Shown: in pieces, positions 49,574 through 63,878 of the stretch
How positions within the stretch are numbered: position 1 is the stretch's first letter
How the letters are laid out: each line of letters opens with the position of its first letter
Virus record (IMG/VR): IMGVR_UViG_3300050122_000263
Coordinates: 434,001-498,000 of that record
DNA length: 64,000 nucleotides
Direction: 5' to 3' (one strand)
Position numbers and translations under genes: made by a program
Notes under the pieces: model-generated
Seen by the model: only the letters and a program-made list of their open reading frames with translations
What the model was told of the DNA's origin: nothing
Database searches by the model: none

Positions 49574-50905
49574 TTATTTCTTGTAGAAGTACTTGCCATA
49601 CAACTTTAAGTTCTGGCCATGAGTGTTCTGTGTGTCACCGGTGATTATCTCGAAGGGTTTGCAGCGCCAACGTGGTAGTGACTGAGTTGGGCTGACTTGC
49701 TTAAGTGTCAACTGCGTGTAGTTGTCCATATTCTGACCCCTGATTGCACAATTACGGCAGACAACTTCCTCATTTTGACTCCAATAAGCCTTGTTAGGGG
49801 TGAACATCTGACCATGCACGGTACAGCCAACGCCGCAGCTGTGGCAGTAGATGACCAGCTGCCCTTCACATATGTCGTAGTAGATTGTGCTACCCGAGTG
49901 AGTTGTTCCTGGTTGGTAGTTAAGACGTTGTATCCTCTCAAAGCGCCCCTGAATATAACGCATGTACAGGAGTAGGCGTTTGAACTTATGTTCAGGACTC
50001 TCCGTGCTGGCTATGAGGGGATGAGGAGGTGCTCCAGTTAAAGGAGTTTGCTTCATCTCCCCAACTTCAGCCATAATATGTGGGAAGCGACTCTGTAGAG
50101 GTGAGATAGCCCTCAACAGTTGACTCATCCTCTTCCGCAGGGAGTGCGATGAATCCCAACCTATAGCTTCACAGATAGACTCGACTTCGCCTAAGAAGAT
50201 CGGGAGAGCGTCGCCCAACTCTGCTGGGCATAGCCCCTGCAAACCCCTCAGGGGTTTGCTTAGTGCGTCAAGTGGTGAAAGTAGTTGTGACGCCTGGTTA
50301 TCTCGCTTTAATGAGAGGTCTAGGCTTGTTAGATATCGGTGTTGTTTCCACTCTGGGTAGCCCTGGGCTTGTGCAAGCTTATCTATGAATGATGGATTAG
50401 CTGTTATGAGTGGAGAGGCATCAATAGTTCTGGTTTGTGGCGGAGATTCCACTACTTCAATTAAAACCTCGTTGAGATCAGGACTGGGCGAGTCAAACCG
50501 TATATTAGTGTTATTATCCACCAAGCAGCTAGGGCTGAGTGAGCGCTCTGAAACTTGCTCTAGAGCTTGAGAGGTTTGTTCTGGGGGCTGAGCTGAGATC
50601 TGCTCTGAAATCTGTTCAGGTGAATCAGAGCGCGTGAGTGATTCTCCACTGCTAGATCTATCAACTTCCGCCTTACTTAGGGCATCATACTGAGTCAGGA
50701 TGACTCTCACAGATCCTTTCCTGGCAGCAGTCTTAGTGACAGGTGTCTTAGTATTTCCTTCTGATCTTGTCCTGCGCTGAACCTCTATCCATTTTCCCTT
50801 AGGGCTGTTGCGTCTCATTTTCCAACTGTTGTTCCTACTAGCCTTTGTGCTGCTTTGATGTTGTTTAACGACAGTGGGGTGAATCAATCCCACCACTCTA
50901 CTCAC
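49574..50905 (-). CDS. Hypothetical protein with disordered basic/Ser-rich N-terminus and C-terminal Zn ribbon
   Basis: YCHSC...VCRNC; start uncertain (GTG; MRRNSP is an alternative). Confidence 0.65.
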   Translation of the reverse strand: MSRVVGLIHPTVVKQHQSSTKASRNNSWKMRRNSPKGKWIEVQRRTRSEGNTKTPVTKTAARKGSVRVILTQYDALSKAEVDRSSSGESLTRSDSPEQISEQISAQPPEQTSQALEQVSERSLSPSCLVDNNTNIRFDSPSPDLNEVLIEVVESPPQTRTIDASPLITANPSFIDKLAQAQGYPEWKQHRYLTSLDLSLKRDNQASQLLSPLDALSKPLRGLQGLCPAELGDALPIFLGEVESICEAIGWDSSHSLRKRMSQLLRAISPLQSRFPHIMAEVGEMKQTPLTGAPPHPLIASTESPEHKFKRLLLYMRYIQGRFERIQRLNYQPGTTHSGSTIYYDICEGQLVIYCHSCGVGCTVHGQMFTPNKAYWSQNEEVVCRNCAIRGQNMDNYTQLTLKQVSPTQSLPRWRCKPFEIITGDTQNTHGQNLKLYGKYFYKK

Positions 50906-50921
50906 AATTCAGCCCAGTTAA

Positions 50922-52241
50922 TTGGGTCGTTTTATTAAGTCAGATTCTAGTTTTAACGGCAATCTCTCAGTCATGGAGAAATTGATCACTCTATCCAGAG
51001 ACAATCACTTGGAAATGCAGAAGTCTACCATAATTGAAGAGAAGCTCAAAGTCACCCTAACTGGTGAGCAGAGATTTCATCTAGCCCATCGCATCCATGT
51101 CTGGCGCTCTGTAAAGGACACTTATGATAGAGATGCTTTTATCGGACATTTCACTGAGGCTGAGCTTAGATCACCCTTTTTCCGAGCAAATAGCTTAAGT
51201 GTCTTCACCACCAATACTCGCTATAAGACTCTATTTGCAGCACTGCAACAAACTGGATTGCATGTTCTGATTGGAGGCTCTAGCCCTCTACGCTTTCTTT
51301 GTAGCTGGGCTGAATATCGCCCCTCTGATATCGACATCTATACTAAGCAGATTAATCGAGATAAAGTTTTGCTTATAGATAGAGCAATAAGATTGGCCTA
51401 TCCGGGCACTGATATTGTGCTGGTGAGAACTTCACTGACCCTCTCCTGGATGATCTGGAATCTCAAGCAAGGCATCATAATCGAAACTATTCAGTTGTCT
51501 TTGATGAGGATTGAGACAAGTTGGAGCGAACTGTTTGTCGTGATTCACAGCGATTTTCTCTGTCTTGCCTTTGAGCTCTCTGAACTGCGTTTTATCTATA
51601 TGAAGGGTCGTTTCGAGCACTGTGTCACCGCCTATCAGGAGCAGAGTACTGCATATTTCTGCAACATCTTCAACTGTGATACAAAACTAACTCTTGAACG
51701 GGCGTCTCAGAAATATGGTCATAGAGGCTTTCTGTCTGAGATGCTCTATATAGAAGAGGCTGTTGATATAGACACTTTAACATCGGAACTAGCCGTGGAG
51801 ATAGCCCAAGTTAAGGCCATTACTCTACAGATTAGTATAAGTGATGAGCGTCGAAAACCGAAGGAAAAACACCAGCAGACTGGTAAGAAAGAGCGGAGAG
51901 CTTCAGCTTACTTATATCTGCTGTGTCAATACCGGACTCTAGCAGGTATTGCTTTCAACTGGAACATTGAGCTGATCTACCCAGCTGATAATGTTATTCC
52001 ACCCATCCTGGAGAAGCGTTGGCTGGTGCAGAAATATCCGGACTGGTTCCAACAACTCTTCGCCATAGCAGGTAGCAAAGACTCAACTGTCTGGGTTTCT
52101 AACCGAAATTGTGAGCACCGCTCCACTATGCAAGAATGTCTGCACGCCCCTGTACAGAAGACAGATCAACATAAGTTCATGCAGTATTGCCCTCTGTGTC
52201 AGGCTTGTTGGAGTCCACATCCCATCTCCCCTCCCGAATAG
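50922..52241 (+). CDS. Pol-beta-superfamily nucleotidyltransferase (standalone), C-terminal Cys cluster
   Basis: LIGGSSPLR...PSDIDIYT (GGS + DxD), IQL, QKYGHRGF; start may be a downstream ATG (MEKLIT). Confidence 0.72.
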   Translation: MGRFIKSDSSFNGNLSVMEKLITLSRDNHLEMQKSTIIEEKLKVTLTGEQRFHLAHRIHVWRSVKDTYDRDAFIGHFTEAELRSPFFRANSLSVFTTNTRYKTLFAALQQTGLHVLIGGSSPLRFLCSWAEYRPSDIDIYTKQINRDKVLLIDRAIRLAYPGTDIVLVRTSLTLSWMIWNLKQGIIIETIQLSLMRIETSWSELFVVIHSDFLCLAFELSELRFIYMKGRFEHCVTAYQEQSTAYFCNIFNCDTKLTLERASQKYGHRGFLSEMLYIEEAVDIDTLTSELAVEIAQVKAITLQISISDERRKPKEKHQQTGKKERRASAYLYLLCQYRTLAGIAFNWNIELIYPADNVIPPILEKRWLVQKYPDWFQQLFAIAGSKDSTVWVSNRNCEHRSTMQECLHAPVQKTDQHKFMQYCPLCQACWSPHPISPPE

Positions 52242-52280
52242 CTATACTTATCTTAATAAGTATGTTTTTACATCTGGCCA

Positions 52281-52592
52281 TTATGCTTCATTATGTTTAA
52301 TGTCAGACCAATTTAAGTATGAGCCATAAGGGCTATCATCATCGAAGTGCTCAAGCTTGAACTGAGGAGCTAGACACTCTACCATCTTGGCACGATTGAA
52401 TCTACCTCGCCAAAAGGTTCGGCTCTTCTGCAGGCAATCACAAATTCGTTTGACATCTTCCTCTTTCTTCAACACATTGGAGCCACCGGGATGCACACTG
52501 CCATTATGCGCCCAAGAATCCTGATAATCCAGAAGATGAGCCCCACTGCCTACCCTAGCACCGCAATGAAACGGTTCACGCCAAAAATTCAT
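52281..52592 (-). CDS. Hypothetical protein
   Basis: 103-aa ATG ORF. Confidence 0.45.
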   Translation of the reverse strand: MNFWREPFHCGARVGSGAHLLDYQDSWAHNGSVHPGGSNVLKKEEDVKRICDCLQKSRTFWRGRFNRAKMVECLAPQFKLEHFDDDSPYGSYLNWSDIKHNEA

Positions 52593-52669
52593 GTTGCTTT
52601 ATCTCTGTACAGAAGTTGCTGAGCCAGTTCAAATCGGGTTTCTCATTTCTAAGTTACAGCGCTTGTAAG

Positions 52670-52695
52670 AAACATCCCTAGAATGGGGTGTTTTT
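52670..52695. terminator. Hairpin downstream of 52700..53269
   Basis: aaacatccc-tagaat-ggggtgttt followed by a T run. Confidence 0.6.
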
Positions 52696-52699
52696 AGCG

Positions 52700-53269
52700 T
52701 TAGTCAAAGTGACCGGCCATCTCGAACTGCAACTTGTGGCCTTCGATGAAAGCCCGAACAGCTCTGAAACCGGTCTTATCTGCCTCCATTGATCTGAATG
52801 TTACCTCGAAATGACATTGTTCATCTTTCAAAGGTAGCTCTTTGACTGAACCGAAACTTAGTGTCAAGAGATTTGCTATCCAGTCTCTGTGCTTCTTGGG
52901 GCAGAACACACGAGCTCCAACTCCCAGGAAATAGATACCTATATTATCCTTCTTGTAGCGGAACTGCCAGCCTGTCTCCATCAGACGACAGAGCTTGTAA
53001 GTTTCATGGCCAGGACACGCTTTAAATTGTTCGACGTCAATAGTTCGCTTAAGCCAGCCACCATCCCGTTTAGTGAAGTTGTCCAGCTTAACTGGGATAG
53101 CCTCAGCTAAACAGTCTTTCCAGTTGGAATGAACTAGAGGCCATCCTGCATAATAAAATGTGAAAATAGCCTGGCAGTCGTGCTCGTCGAGCATCTTCAC
53201 ATCCTCTGCTGTGGATCCGATAGTAATCTTGCGGAGATGAGCCAACAACTCCGTCTGCCCTTCCATCAA
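52700..53269 (-). CDS. Hypothetical protein
   Basis: 189-aa ATG ORF followed by a hairpin. Confidence 0.65.
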   Translation of the reverse strand: MMEGQTELLAHLRKITIGSTAEDVKMLDEHDCQAIFTFYYAGWPLVHSNWKDCLAEAIPVKLDNFTKRDGGWLKRTIDVEQFKACPGHETYKLCRLMETGWQFRYKKDNIGIYFLGVGARVFCPKKHRDWIANLLTLSFGSVKELPLKDEQCHFEVTFRSMEADKTGFRAVRAFIEGHKLQFEMAGHFD

Positions 53270-53425
53270 CGTTTTGCAACATACGCCGTGTGGGAGGTAA
53301 TTCAGATTTTGTAACCTTCCTTTCTGGTTTAAGGCACTGATCGGGTTAGTCCAGGAGTCCTGACAGATTTAATCCATTATCCACAGTCAAGCCAATATTA
53401 AGGCTGGGTTGTGATATAACACCTG

Positions 53426-53447
53426 TTATCTCTAACGTTAGAGATAA
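53426..53447. terminator. Perfect 22-bp palindrome downstream of 53462..53983
   Basis: ttatctctaacgttagagataa. Confidence 0.7.
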
Positions 53448-53461
53448 GGGTTTATATTGTC

Positions 53462-53983
53462 TTATTCATCATTTGTGGCTACTACTGTGTAAGTATGTGG
53501 GTAGCTGGACTCTTGACTGTATTCTTTGTTGATGCGTTTGCAATAGCCACAACATGAGCCAATATAACGTACGGCCAGTATTATTAGTAGCAGACAGATA
53601 ACCAGCATGCAGATGATAAAAAGACCAACTATACCACATAGAATAGGCTCGTTCCTGGTACAGCCTGGATAATCCACGCTGTGATCTTTATCCCAGCTAT
53701 CCACAACAAACATAGACCAAATAGCCCCTAGCCCGTAGGAGATGGAACCACTCAAACCAACTGCCAGGATTATGCCTATAGACCAGAAGAGACTACGGGC
53801 TAAGTTACATCTCATGTGGCCGCAAAGACACTCATCTAGACAGAGGCGACGGCAAATGTAGGAGCAATGTTTGTAACGACTCTTACAGCAGCCCGGCTGT
53901 ATATAGAAGACATGCTCATCCACATCGTACATATCTTCAGAGGAGTCTGACAACACAGAGTCTAACTGATCTGAGAGACTCAT
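53462..53983 (-). CDS. Two-TM Cys-rich membrane protein
   Basis: 173 aa; juxtamembrane Cys clusters. Confidence 0.7.
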   Translation of the reverse strand: MSLSDQLDSVLSDSSEDMYDVDEHVFYIQPGCCKSRYKHCSYICRRLCLDECLCGHMRCNLARSLFWSIGIILAVGLSGSISYGLGAIWSMFVVDSWDKDHSVDYPGCTRNEPILCGIVGLFIICMLVICLLLIILAVRYIGSCCGYCKRINKEYSQESSYPHTYTVVATNDE

Positions 53984-54072
53984 TTATCCTATCCTCTTTA
54001 CTTTTAATGGATAAGATGGAAGAAAAAGCTTGCAAGCTTTTTAACAGTGATTCACCCCCGAACTTGATAGAC

Positions 54073-54399
54073 TTAACGGAACTGGGTGGGGGTGAAAGCG
54101 CCCTGGAAAGTATTGGCTGGTTGGAAGGGTTGAGGTTGGAAGGGTTGGAAGGGTTGAGGTTGGAAGGGTTGGAAGGTCTGAGTTGGAAGAGTTGCAGTTG
54201 GAAGGGCTGGGGTTGGAAGGGTTGCTGTTCTTCTTGCCACTATTCTTCGAAGAAGGCCTTCTTTCCCTTCAATCATGGACATAAGTGATTGACCAGGCTG
54301 GGGGATAAATTGCTGTGCTGGCTGAGGTTGCAGAGCCGCAACTTGTCTCTGTGCCTCGGCAAATCCGGCTTGATAACCTTCATCATAAGCTCCTTCCAT
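54073..54399 (-). CDS. Small Gln/Pro/Phe-rich protein
   Basis: 108 aa; AYDEGYQAG at the N-terminus, QPF repeats at the C-terminus. Confidence 0.55.
   Translation of the reverse strand: MEGAYDEGYQAGFAEAQRQVAALQPQPAQQFIPQPGQSLMSMIEGKEGLLRRIVARRTATLPTPALPTATLPTQTFQPFQPQPFQPFQPQPFQPANTFQGAFTPTQFR
54121..54176 (-). repeat. 24-bp tandem repeat (two copies plus a partial) encoding QPFQPFQP
   Basis: ttggaagggttgaggttggaaggg at 54121 and 54145. Confidence 0.85.
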
Positions 54400-54615
54400 G
54401 TTTACAGACTCGGTAAATTAAATTTCTAACAACTTGCATCATTTCGAGTTATTCATTTCTCTCTAACTTCTCCCTTAATCATGGGCTTATTTCCAAGAAA
54501 TTGCAGAGAAGTTCTGCAAACAAATTCTCGCTTGATAGGAGACCAAATACTCAAGCAAATTTCCCACATTATGTAAAATGATTGTCACAACCTCAATCAA
54601 AGTTAAGGCCAAACA

Positions 54616-55119
54616 ATGACATGTGTTGGTAAAGCTCTAACTCTCGGTATCGGCTCTCTATTTGCAGCGCTTGGTATAACATTAATTGTGGTTAGTGTGG
54701 TTCTCTTCCATAACAGTGAGATACCCTGTCTAGTTGAGACCATGATTGGCACAAGCATTACAGGTGATGAGAGCGGATGTTCCGTCTATGGGACTGTGAC
54801 TGTTGGACTTCAGAACAATCAAAGTGTTACCATCGAGCATCTGGTCTGTAACTACAAGTTCAAATGTCCCACTATCGTGGCTGATGGCTGTGAAGGAGGC
54901 TACTTTCAGATCGGTAAGAATGCATATTGCTATATGAGCTTGGGCAAACTGATGGTTCAGCGCTCTAGAGGCGATCTCTCGGCTGGCTTGGTTTTCCTGA
55001 TCGTGATGGGCTCTGTGCTTATTGCAACGGGTATTGCTGTCAGCACTACTCTCTGGTGTATAAACTACCGAGGGCGCCGGGCTCACGGTGTTGCTGAGCA
55101 TGAGGTCCTGATTAATTAA
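54616..55119 (+). CDS. Two-TM protein with Cys-rich loop, family member 3
   Basis: CLVETMIGT...CSVYGTVTVGL...C...C...CEGGYF.IG..AYCY..LG. Confidence 0.75.
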   Translation: MTCVGKALTLGIGSLFAALGITLIVVSVVLFHNSEIPCLVETMIGTSITGDESGCSVYGTVTVGLQNNQSVTIEHLVCNYKFKCPTIVADGCEGGYFQIGKNAYCYMSLGKLMVQRSRGDLSAGLVFLIVMGSVLIATGIAVSTTLWCINYRGRRAHGVAEHEVLIN

Positions 55120-55211
55120 TGATGTTAAAACTAGCCCATAAGTACTGTGAAATATATGCCATGATTGACATATAGTTTTTTTCAAATATCTCAAGCTCTT
55201 CACTAGTATCC

Positions 55212-58037
55212 CTAGTGAAGGACGCGGAAAGCTCGCAGAATACGCAGCCGGCCATCGTTAGCACCGACACCATGCTCATCCTCTTCATCACGGTTAGGAG
55301 CCTCGGGCCGGGAGACCTGACAGAGACAGTTGAATTCGCCCTTATAGAGCTCCTCGTCAAGCAGGGTCCAGTCAGCCTCATCTAGGATAATTGTGTGAGA
55401 CATGCGAGCCGGACCCTCATAGCGGAATAGGGGCCGTCTAGCAGCACCAGCTTCAACAGCTCGTCGTAGAGGTTCAGCGATCTGATTGCGGAGGACGCGT
55501 CGCTCAGCACGTCTTTTCTTGATGTGCTTCTTCATATTAGGCAGACCACGGTAAGATTCAATGGTATCGCTGAGCCTCTGAATCTTGTGCTGTACGCCTG
55601 GGAAGAGAAGTTCCACTTCATGAGCAGCGTGCTCATAGGGTGAGTGTTCCATGATGGTGGTGGCTAAATTGGAAGTGGTCACAGGCTCCCTGTCCAGGAT
55701 GAAGGGTAAGTGGAGATCGCGTGGATAATTACCACTAAAGTGAAAGAAGCCCGTTAAGGTAACGGCAATCTCTAACTTGTCGGCAGAGCGCTTCTCGAAG
55801 GGTGGATCGGGAAGCTCAGCGTCGATGGTCTCGATTCTATTTGAACCAACCACATTAAAGGCGACGACACCGACGCGCTGAATTTGACAGCCCCACAGCA
55901 TGAAACGGTATATACTATGCATGCTGTGCCAAGGGATGGCGCTTAAGGTGGGACCTCGCTCGATGTAGTAATCAAAGCCATTGCGAAAGCGACCATCTAT
56001 TTTGACATCTTCCAACAAACAGACCAGACCCAGATCCTTACGATTGAGGCGCAGTGCTTGGTTATCTTTCTCTATCACTTTTATCACCCTTTTGGAGGGG
56101 TTTTCACCATAAACATCAGTAACCATGTAATAACCCGGATCGCCAAGTAGATGGGCTGAGCCTAGTCTGTCTGACCTATGCGCGTCTGCATTCGGTACTT
56201 CAACATCTCTTGCGCGATAGCTTATAACTTCTCTCTTAAAAACTGCAGCCACACCTTTCTTCAAAATGAGATTGCTGTAGAAATCGCCCTTTGGCTTGGT
56301 GATGGTTGAATAGGGCATAATTAACTTGATGACAAAGCCACGGTAGATTGTCTTAATCAGACGGGCAGCTCGGATATTGTAGCGTACCAGAACCGCTTCG
56401 CGCCGCCGATAATAGAGTGCGAAGAGAGGAGTGCAACAAAGTCCGCGATACAGGTCATAGCCGACTTGAATGTTGCTGGTGTCAAAGTTCATGAGTACTT
56501 CTAGCGGATTCAAGCAATCTGTGTTGATAACCTGTAATGCAAAAGCTCCCCGCTTAGTAGGCTGACTCAGAGTTATCACACTTCGATTGACAAAGTAGAA
56601 ATAGTCGCGAGACGGCAGGTTGATTGTTAGCCAACCTAGTAGAATCTCCAATATCTGTCGGCGCGCCTCTGTAGTTGGGCCGTAAATAAAGAGATCGACA
56701 TCTGTCTTATCGGCAAAACGGTCATATAACCAGTCGTTCAGGATGATGGAGAAGAGACCGCCACCCAGCACATAGCCGGCATCTCTGTTGGGAAACTGTT
56801 GCAGAATAAGTTGTTCCAGTTGCTGATTCATAGTTAGCACCTGTGGAAAGATGTTGATGAGGCGTTCTGCAATAACTACCTGCCCACTGATGTTAAAGCT
56901 TGGTGGAGGGGGTACTTTGAAGACTTTGATACCGTATTTGCGCTGCCAATGACTCAGCTCACGTGTAGCCGCATAATATGCTGTTCTTTCTTCTACCCTT
57001 TGTGCTTCTTCAGCTTCCTGTTTCTCGCGTTCCTCAGGTGTGTTTGCTGGAACTCTTTGAGGAGGTTTCAGTAGATGAGCTGGCTGCTCTGGTATCGGCG
57101 GTCGAGGTGGAACAGTAAATTCTCCCTCCAGGCTAAGGCGTACAATGTCACTGGGATTGAGAGCAGCTACCTGTGCTCTCATATAGTCCGGTACTATGGG
57201 GCTTGTGATTTTGAGTGGATCGAGCAGGAAGAGATGGGGCGCTAAGCGATCTAAGCGTTCTGCCCGCGTGTACGGATAGGCATGAGGCATTAAACAGTAG
57301 GCAAATTGTGGCTCTAGTTCAATCAGATCTCTGATGTATTTAATTACCTCCATAGTGAAGGCATCTTGCTCATACAGCAGATCAACCACTTTGCGTAGAT
57401 ATTGGGTTGTCATTGTCGCATCTACACGCAGCAGGTAATACATGCGCTCATGCAGAGTGCCTAGTGGCAGGCGGGCAAAGTAGAGTCTTGTTAGTTGAGT
57501 GATTTGGGGACAGAAACCTGGCTCGCATTGGAGCTCAGCCACCAGCACGATCAACAATTCTAATGCTTCCAGAGAAAGCTTACTCTCATCAGGTAGCCCT
57601 AGTTCACCTGATCGTGCTAGATAATCCACCAGCTCCTGGTGAACAGCCGGGTCGTTAGTGACTGCTGCTACTCTGTCTGGTGCCAGATTGTAGACATATT
57701 GGGCTGGGGCTGCCTGGTTGCGCTGGTTGAACTCGATCAGACGTTCTAGCACTGGGAATGCCTTGATGAATGTGGGGGATGGAGTGAAACTAGCCGCACC
57801 CACAAAGAGGTGTAGAGGTGGACCCTGAACTTGTGGGGCTTCAGCTACAATGATGGTTGGCTGCAGCTGTGGCAGAGTGCCGGCAGGAGCGATCTGTCGC
57901 TGCATGGCTGGTTTACTAAGATTGCAGAAAGATTTCTGCAATATCTCATTTGTGTGGGGGTTGTACCTTGTTTCAGGTATTGCTGAGTGGAGTTTGAGTT
58001 GTTGTGATTTGCGAGTTATATGCGATGGTTTAGGCAA
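55212..58037 (-). CDS. Nucleotidyltransferase-like family member C (intact motifs); start may be MQRQIAP
   Basis: GYVLGGGLFSII...DKTDVDLFIYG, LQVI, NFDTSNIQVGYD, KTIYRGF, FRNGFDYYIE, ILDEADW. Confidence 0.75.
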   Translation of the reverse strand: MPKPSHITRKSQQLKLHSAIPETRYNPHTNEILQKSFCNLSKPAMQRQIAPAGTLPQLQPTIIVAEAPQVQGPPLHLFVGAASFTPSPTFIKAFPVLERLIEFNQRNQAAPAQYVYNLAPDRVAAVTNDPAVHQELVDYLARSGELGLPDESKLSLEALELLIVLVAELQCEPGFCPQITQLTRLYFARLPLGTLHERMYYLLRVDATMTTQYLRKVVDLLYEQDAFTMEVIKYIRDLIELEPQFAYCLMPHAYPYTRAERLDRLAPHLFLLDPLKITSPIVPDYMRAQVAALNPSDIVRLSLEGEFTVPPRPPIPEQPAHLLKPPQRVPANTPEEREKQEAEEAQRVEERTAYYAATRELSHWQRKYGIKVFKVPPPPSFNISGQVVIAERLINIFPQVLTMNQQLEQLILQQFPNRDAGYVLGGGLFSIILNDWLYDRFADKTDVDLFIYGPTTEARRQILEILLGWLTINLPSRDYFYFVNRSVITLSQPTKRGAFALQVINTDCLNPLEVLMNFDTSNIQVGYDLYRGLCCTPLFALYYRRREAVLVRYNIRAARLIKTIYRGFVIKLIMPYSTITKPKGDFYSNLILKKGVAAVFKREVISYRARDVEVPNADAHRSDRLGSAHLLGDPGYYMVTDVYGENPSKRVIKVIEKDNQALRLNRKDLGLVCLLEDVKIDGRFRNGFDYYIERGPTLSAIPWHSMHSIYRFMLWGCQIQRVGVVAFNVVGSNRIETIDAELPDPPFEKRSADKLEIAVTLTGFFHFSGNYPRDLHLPFILDREPVTTSNLATTIMEHSPYEHAAHEVELLFPGVQHKIQRLSDTIESYRGLPNMKKHIKKRRAERRVLRNQIAEPLRRAVEAGAARRPLFRYEGPARMSHTIILDEADWTLLDEELYKGEFNCLCQVSRPEAPNRDEEDEHGVGANDGRLRILRAFRVLH

Positions 58038-58176
58038 TCTCTGCCCTAAACTGATAAGTCGGACTAGTTTGGTTAATGTTTATGGTTAATCCATTCTAAC
58101 ACCTTGATGTTGGAATTGCGGCAGTAAGGGTATACAATACCTGTAGAATTTTTCCGGTTATTTAAGGTGATAGTAA

Positions 58177-60819
<2,643 letters not shown>

Positions 60820-60836
60820 AAGATATAATCTTTTTA

Positions 60837-60860
60837 AAAAATATCTACACAGATATTTTA
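60837..60860. terminator. Hairpin downstream of fibre 2
   Basis: aaaaatatct-acac-agatattttt. Confidence 0.7.
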
Positions 60861-61070
60861 TACCAACTTCAGCTTTGTGACCCTGCACTCTGAACATCTC
60901 ATCACATAACTTTACTTCAGATGGCTCAGCTCTTATTGTCTCAGCTCCATGAAATTGTAAGGGAATGAGGTCAATACCCGATAACCCATCAAACACTCTG
61001 TGTTACAGCTGTCAGAGTCTTACTACAGATACTATGTTGGTAATTTTTCTTATTTGTGGTGATACAGTAA

Positions 61071-63140
<2,070 letters not shown>

Positions 63141-63173
63141 CGTTCTTGCGATAATTTGAGCCTAGAGCTCATG

Positions 63174-63189
63174 AGTTTTTTAAAAAACT
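63174..63189. terminator. 16-bp palindrome downstream of fibre 3
   Basis: agttttttaaaaaact, preceded by tgagc-ctaga-gctca. Confidence 0.5.
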
Positions 63190-63233
63190 TGAACTGAACA
63201 TCTCCTGCGTTCTTGTGTGGAAGTTAAATAGTT

Positions 63234-63878
63234 ATGACATTAGGGCAGAGTAAGCTGACATCAGCCATGGCTGCACTTGCATGCAGCATTTATATTGTAA
63301 TTTGGTATTTTGAGTTCTGGGTTCCAAGTGAGCTGACTGAGATCTGCACAAGACCAGAGCAAATCTGGTGTCACCAGCTATTACAAGTCGTGTCCTCTAT
63401 GCGAGCTGCTTTATCTCTATATCTGCTGGTGTATGCTTTAGCTCTGCACTTCTATCAATACAGAGTTGAACGTCGAGTTAAGGAGAGTTTGATGCTGCAA
63501 GATGAACATGCTGATCTAAGTTTGAGAGATGTGTCTCCTCTACTGCTGAAGTTGCAGTGTGGCTTCATCATATCTATTATGTTCTTCTGTGTTGGTTTCG
63601 CTTTCACAGCCTACTTTACCTTCGGCTATCCAATGAATGTGGAAAATGATGATACCTGTTACACCAAGTACAGTTACCTCTATGATATGTACACCTGGTT
63701 GGAGATGAGCACAATTCCAATAAGTTTATCCTATGGCGGCGGCATTGCAGTGGTTATGTATCAAGACCATCACTATAAGACCTGTTGCTGTAGTAGTCAG
63801 ACTGAGAAATCTGAAGTCAAGCGGGAGAAACATGATAGAAGTGTCCCTGTGGAGGAGAGACCATTACTCATCAACTAA
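63234..63878 (+). CDS. Multi-pass membrane protein, paralog of 1628..2161
   Basis: 214 aa with about 4 TM segments; ELTEICTR vs VLEQCKR, SMRAALSLY vs LIRLAFYM, ENDDTCY. Confidence 0.7.
   Translation: MTLGQSKLTSAMAALACSIYIVIWYFEFWVPSELTEICTRPEQIWCHQLLQVVSSMRAALSLYLLVYALALHFYQYRVERRVKESLMLQDEHADLSLRDVSPLLLKLQCGFIISIMFFCVGFAFTAYFTFGYPMNVENDDTCYTKYSYLYDMYTWLEMSTIPISLSYGGGIAVVMYQDHHYKTCCCSSQTEKSEVKREKHDRSVPVEERPLLIN

Noticed and set aside
52620-52645. gttcaaatc resembling a tRNA T-loop
   Set aside because: The flanks do not form a T-stem, and no acceptor, D or anticodon arms are visible.
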